DNA from: the human T2T-CHM13v2.0 reference genome, Homo sapiens
Reading direction: 5' to 3' (one strand)
NCBI RefSeq assembly: GCF_009914755.1
Contig: NC_060927.1
DNA length: 64,000 nt
The position numbers and the translations under genes are program-made. The notes beneath the pieces are model-generated. The model was not told the origin of the DNA. It ran no database searches and was given only the letters and a program-made list of their open reading frames with translations. Each line of letters begins with the position of its first letter. Position 1 is the first letter of the stretch. Shown one piece after another: positions 57,412 to 64,000 of this stretch.

Positions 57412-58019
57412 CTGAATGTGGCTGTGGGTGAGGGAGCAAGAGGCAGCAGGGTGTGTGTGTGTGTATATGTGTGTGTGCATGCACATGCATCTGCAGGGTT
57501 TAGACTGTGATGAATGAATATACCAAAAATAAGGATTCTATGTCTATTAGAAGTTTTATTTAAATTTCCTTCCTTGAGGTCCTTCGTTGAAAAAGGTGGT
57601 CATCATTTAATGGAGTTTGGCAGCACATTTTCCCAGCAACAAAATAAATTAATCATCTGTAGGCTTGGGGAGCAGATCTTCATCCCTATTAGGAGTGTGG
57701 GAAAATAGAAAATATTGCTCTGAGTGGAAGCCCAAAGGCCAGAATCTCCCAGTTTGGAGCTCATTGCAGAGGACTTTTTGCTTCTTTCTGGCTTCTCGGC
57801 TGCATTCTGAGTAGAAGAGGGTGTGAGACAATGTCCTTCAGATAAACAAGATGTCACTGTGGTGGGGAAATAATGTGAACACATAGAAATTGCTCAAGAA
57901 ATGAGCACAGATGGAGGGAATGGAGTCAAGGAAGGAGGGAGGGAGTCCATATCATATTTGAAAGACATCTAATCTTGGTTGGAAGGGCACATGTGGGTGG
58001 AAAGAATTCAAGGAAGCCT

Positions 58020-59060
<1,041 letters not shown>

Positions 59061-59167
59061 GAAAACTATTTATTTGTTTACATCATGGAGAAAATTGTCA
59101 TGACCTAAACTTTGGAGAAAAGGAGGAATAAGATAATTTCACCAATAATTCAGTGAGTAATGCTCAC

Positions 59168-59657
59168 CCTATCACCCTCTGCCACAGATGAGGAAAGGTT
59201 AAACAAGACCTGATGTTTTCCTGCTCGCTGGAGTTTGCTGGGGTTATTGCGCTGCCTTTCTGTTTACTGGACTGATAAAGAAAATAAAATTGAGCAATTG
59301 CTTCTGCCTCAGGAAAAGAAATCATGTCCTGAGTGAATAATGATTGAATAAGAAATGAGATGGGTTGTTATTTTAAACTAGGATTTCCTGCCTACCAGAA
59401 ATCGTGGGGAAAAGATCATTGCATGATCAAATTTGGGAGCCCAAGTAATGGAAGAAGATACGATTAGCTAGGCAAAGAACATAAATTTCCACAGTGGGCA
59501 AACGAACCAGAAAAAAGTCACAACAGGGAGGAAAATGGAAAGATAATCTCAGAGACAAAAGCATCTGGGGTATTTGAATGAGTTAAGAGGAAGGGCCTGG
59601 AATCAGTCCGCAGAGCCTGGGCTCCAAAAGGGTTCAGTGGCTCAACCAGGAGTTCAG
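59168..59657 (-). pseudogene. Putative exons ~59520-59657, 59396-59467 and 59168-59271 (RGS-like domain remnant)
   Basis: 59396-59467: ttctttgcctag|...CCACGATTTCTG|gtaggc (72 nt). 59168-59271: ttttctttatcag|...|gtgagc. Splicing gives ...FSPRFL|SSKQK, like the RGS end motif YPRFLxS. The upstream ORF has LLVEPLNPFGAQALR. Confidence 0.5.
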
Positions 59658-60214
59658 GTGGCAAAAGGGAAAGGGGAAATCTGACCAGATGACAGGCTGT
59701 TGTCTCAGGGTGAAAGGTAGGGGGTGGAAGGACAATGGGTATATGAGTCAAAGGCACCAAGGTCACTGCCAGTCCACAGCTGGCCCTACTGCCTTGATCT
59801 GCACCAGGGTGGGCAGGACTGAGACTCCTTTGGTCACTGGAGTCCGAAAAGGAGCTGAGGGGCTCCCCTGCTTTCTGCACCCCTCTCCCCACCCTCACCC
59901 TCTCACCCTTTTCTCCCCTCCTACCCTACATTGGATCACCCAGCCAGGGAACTCTCCTCACAGGCTGGGCTTCTCTCTCCTCCTTGGCTAGAAGGCCTCC
60001 CTCCTCTGACATCATCATCATCATCAACACTGATGAGCTGGGACTCTGTCAGATGTAGGGAATGCACGGCCGCATGAGCACCAGTGTGACAGCAGCTACA
60101 CACAGCCCTCCAGAGCGACTATATAAAAAGGCTCACCCAGCAACTGATTGGCATCCATGAATCAGGGAGTGAAGATGGACTGACCCTCAGAAGTGTCTAA
60201 TAGGATAAGGCGGC

Positions 60215-60510
60215 TTAGGCTAAGGGCAGAGGCTGTGGCTAGCCAGCAAGAAGTCAGGAAGCTCACTCCTACAAAACACAAGGGAATCAATTCTGCCCAC
60301 CTGAGTGAGCTTGGAAGTGGATTCTTCCCCAGTAGGGCCTCCAGAAGAACATGCCGCCTGGCCAACGCCTTGACTACAGCCCTGTGAAACTCCGAGCTGA
60401 GGATGCGGCTGAGCCGCGCCTGGACTCCTGACTCACAGGAACTGTGAGCTAATGAGTGTGTGTTGTCGTGTTTGCGGTGATTTGTAACACAGCAATAGAT
60501 AACTCATATA
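60215..60510 (+). mobile_element. MLT1D/E LTR 3' part
   Basis: gagcttggaagtggattcttcccc; cagcaatagataact. Confidence 0.8.
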
Positions 60511-61307
60511 GCTTCATAGGTGTTGGGAGAATTAAGTGAGATTCTTCTCATGAAGCCCCTGGCACGGGAGGCACATACCAGGGCCTCAGTAAGTTTGGCT
60601 GTTAGAATCACCATCACACTTTGTGTGGCACAAGCCACCAGGAGGGGAACATTTGTGAACCATTTTTTGGGGAAAATCTCACAAAAAGCAGAATCCAAGG
60701 GGAGTAGTAAAGAAGAGCAAGGCTTAGAGAGTCAGCAAGAGGGGCAGGTGGGAGTGGGAGAAGTGGCGTGGCAGAGAGATGCTGGAGGTAGAATTTATAC
60801 GGCAGCGTCTAATTGAGTCCTTCCTTCAGTTATATGTTCCCAGAGGGTATAGAAACAAAGATCAATAAGCAGAATTTCTGTACTTAGGAAGCTCACTGGT
60901 GTGTAGAGAAGTACACAAACGGCATAATACACATGTCACGCACGGGCAAGAATGTGCTCGAGGCTTTGAGACTGTGGAAAAGGAAGTGATCTACACATTC
61001 CTGTATGATAAGCCTGGGTTGAATGGAGGATCTTTACAAGGGACAGGTGGGAGGCAGTTGAAGAGGTAGGGAAAGGTCACCTGGACCCCCACTGGCCTAT
61101 AGCATATCTTTGCATGACTTAGAAAATGGGGGCTCCTCTGAGTGGACCGATTAGAGAAAGTCATGCCTTTGTGTAGCTGCAGCCAGACTGGCACTAGAGT
61201 TGTCAAGTAGAAGGTGCCTTTCTGCAAAATAGAGAAAGTCACCTCTTCCTGTGGAGGGAGAGGTCTCATGCCGGGCCATGGAATAGGGCTTGGTAAAAGG
61301 AGCATGG

Positions 61308-61647
<340 letters not shown>

Positions 61648-62109
61648 TCAGCCAAATGGCACACACTGCACACCTGTGTGCCTCCCGGGCCAGAAGGGAA
61701 AAGGATCTGGCTCCAGGGGCCTACCCCTGCAATTCCTCATCGAAAACCAACAGTGATTGCCCATCCACCCCCGGCTCACAAGCAGTCCTGCAGAGGGGCC
61801 TGATGGTTCCACGTCTCACGCCAGCCAGTTTCCAGGTCTGCGAATGAAGCGGTAGGGCCTGGTGCCCTTCACGGTCCTTTTTGCTCCTACGGTCTGGCCT
61901 TCTGAGTCTGCGTGCTCTGGGCAGATGTGAATCATGTGTTGGCATCCTCCACAAGGTCCACACCAGTGGAAGCTCAAAGAGCCTTTATTGACTCAGGTGG
62001 AAAAATCCAGCATGATCTGGCCCTGTGCACCACTGGTGGTGGAAAGGATAAAAAGTTCTGCAGGGTAGTGAAAGGACTGGTGGATATCATTTTTTAAAGT
62101 CTAAAATGT

Positions 62110-62350
62110 GGCCAGGTGCAGTGGCTCACACCTGTAATCCCAGCACTTCAGGAGGCCGAGGCGGGTGGATCACCTGAGGTCAGGAGTTTGAGGCCAGCCT
62201 GGCCAACATGGAGAAACCCCGTCCCTACTAAAACTACAAAAATTAGCTGGGCGTGGTGGTGGATGCCGGTAATCCCAGCTACACTACAGCCTGGACGACA
62301 GAATGAGACTCTGTCTCAAAAAATAAAAATAACAATAAAAATAGAATAAT
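62110..62350 (+). mobile_element. AluS with an internal right-arm deletion
   Basis: cccagcta joined directly to cactacagcctgg; TSD GTCTAAAATGTG. Confidence 0.9.
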
Positions 62351-62864
62351 GTCTAAAATGTGAGAATCAGCAGCATTCACTTCCAGGAAGCATCACAGGA
62401 ATCTGTGGCAGCCTGGTTGGTTATTCCAGACTCACAGGGCCCAGGAGAAAGAAAGGCTTGATGGGAACGGACGCCATGCCCACTTATGAAATGCTGGCTG
62501 CTTTTAACATCTGCAAGCACTCAGGCTAGTTTGGAGGGGGGCTGTCTCCCGGCCCCTACCTCCAACTCTTAACCCCCACGCAACCCACTTTCAGAGCTGT
62601 CTTCAGGCAAACTGCAAATGTGAGAGACTGATAAACATGTTTCTAGGTCTGGCCTCCCAGGGTGCTTTTCTGTAATCAAAGCCTCAAGCTCCCAGAAGGA
62701 AATTCTGCCTGGGGTAAAGAGTTGTTAGAGGAAGGCTCTGTGGAAGGCAGGCTATCAGAGACTGGGTTCATTTTAATAATCCAGAGATGGATTATTATAG
62801 CCTTAATTATTCATATGAACCTTGACAACCCAGAGACACCCTTGCAATGACAGCACTGTAAAGA

Positions 62865-63500
62865 ATTCATTCGTTTAACAAATGCTCACCATGCAGCCTC
62901 TCCTACAGGTAGCAGCAAATACCAAGTTGGAAAAGGCCAAGTCCCTGCCCTCCAACTCACAGCCCAGTGGAGACGTGGTTCTCAATAGTTGTAAAGCAAA
63001 GCAGAGTTAGGTGAGTGAGATGAGAGAGAGAAAACAAAGACGTCTGAGGCACCACGTGGGTTGAGTAAGAAGGCTTCATGGAAAGGTAGCATTTGTGATA
63101 GCTCCTGAGAAGTCGGTAGCATTTCTGCAGGCTTGGGAGAGAGAGGAGGCCATTCCAAGCCAAGGAGACAGTCTAGGCAAACACAATGCATCAGGGAAGC
63201 TTAAGGCGTGTGGAGGGAGCAGAGACAGGCTGGCTGCATGGTGGGTATAAGAAGCCCAGTGGAGGGAGTTGCCAGATAAGGCATAGCTAGAAAGACATTT
63301 GCAGCTGGTACAGAGAGGGATAATACCCGCTGAAGGAGATCAGTAGATAATGGGGAGCCACTAAAGGTTTTAGAGAAGGGGACATGCTCAGAGCTGGGTC
63401 TTTGGAAGAGTGACCAGGCTAGCATATGAAGCTAGAGCAGATAGCTAAAGAGGACATATTGAGGGCCTGAACTGATAGGAAAAAACAGAGCGGTTGGAGG
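62865..63500 (-). mobile_element. L2
   Basis: attcattcgtttaacaaatg; gtccctgccctc..ctcacag; ggggagccactaaaggtttt. Confidence 0.65.
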
Positions 63501-64000
63501 GATATAGGACAGAGCTGAAATCTGCACAAGCATATTTTTGAAGTTGTGAATCCCAGCTGGCACAAAACAAAGCCATGATTATGTAGCAAACAAGAAATCC
63601 TCAGTCTGTTTGGTGATAGGCCTCTGTTTTCTTTCACCAATGTATTGGGTACCAGTAGCATCAGCACCAGACTTGGACTAAGGGATTCTGGGATTGACTC
63701 AAATAGTGGAGAGACCAAGAGAAGAGAATCATGAAGAAATGCTAAGCACTGAAGCCAGAAGGTGGAGGCTGGAGTCCAGGCCAGTAGCTGTGCAGCACAT
63801 TATTCTCCCTGCTAGGTGCAGCAGTACCTCCTGCACGCACTCCCTTAAGCATCAGGGAATTGGAGCTTCAGGATCCACACAAAGGCCAAGCTTTGCCAGC
63901 CTCTGTTAGGGCACAGGCCACTGGTCCTCTGTCTTCAGTACAAACTAAAGTCGTCTCCACCTAGGACAGATTGCATTTCCTCTCAGGACCTCGGTGTGTC

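Overview
Primate, almost certainly human-like, genomic DNA, shown by many AluJ/S/Y copies with TSDs. It is rich in repeats: about 16 Alus, a near-full-length old L1MA-type LINE on the minus strand (15620-24705), many L2/MIR fragments, MaLR/ERVL/ERV1 LTRs and hAT DNA transposons. No intact protein-coding gene, RNA gene or CRISPR array is supported. The main non-obvious signal lies in the unique sequence between repeats. On the minus strand, about 30 exon-like segments with splice signals run from about 59.7 kb down to about 6.1 kb, and several join into phase-compatible chains. Their conceptual translation repeatedly gives RGS-fold-like motifs (LLKFWL, LLYFWL, SLVFWK, ELLP*FVES, IQSYW, SPRFLSS) but carries many stops and broken splice sites. 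I interpret this as a decayed unprocessed pseudogene of an RGS22/RGSL1-like multi-RGS-domain gene. The family assignment rests on recalled motifs and needs an HMM/tBLASTn check. Other points: a strongly C-depleted LTR fragment consistent with APOBEC3-type hypermutation, three short-range templated duplications (one inside an Alu, one almost identical to its source), and a MEF2/CRE motif cluster. Repeat subfamily names come from recalled consensus features and are approximate.
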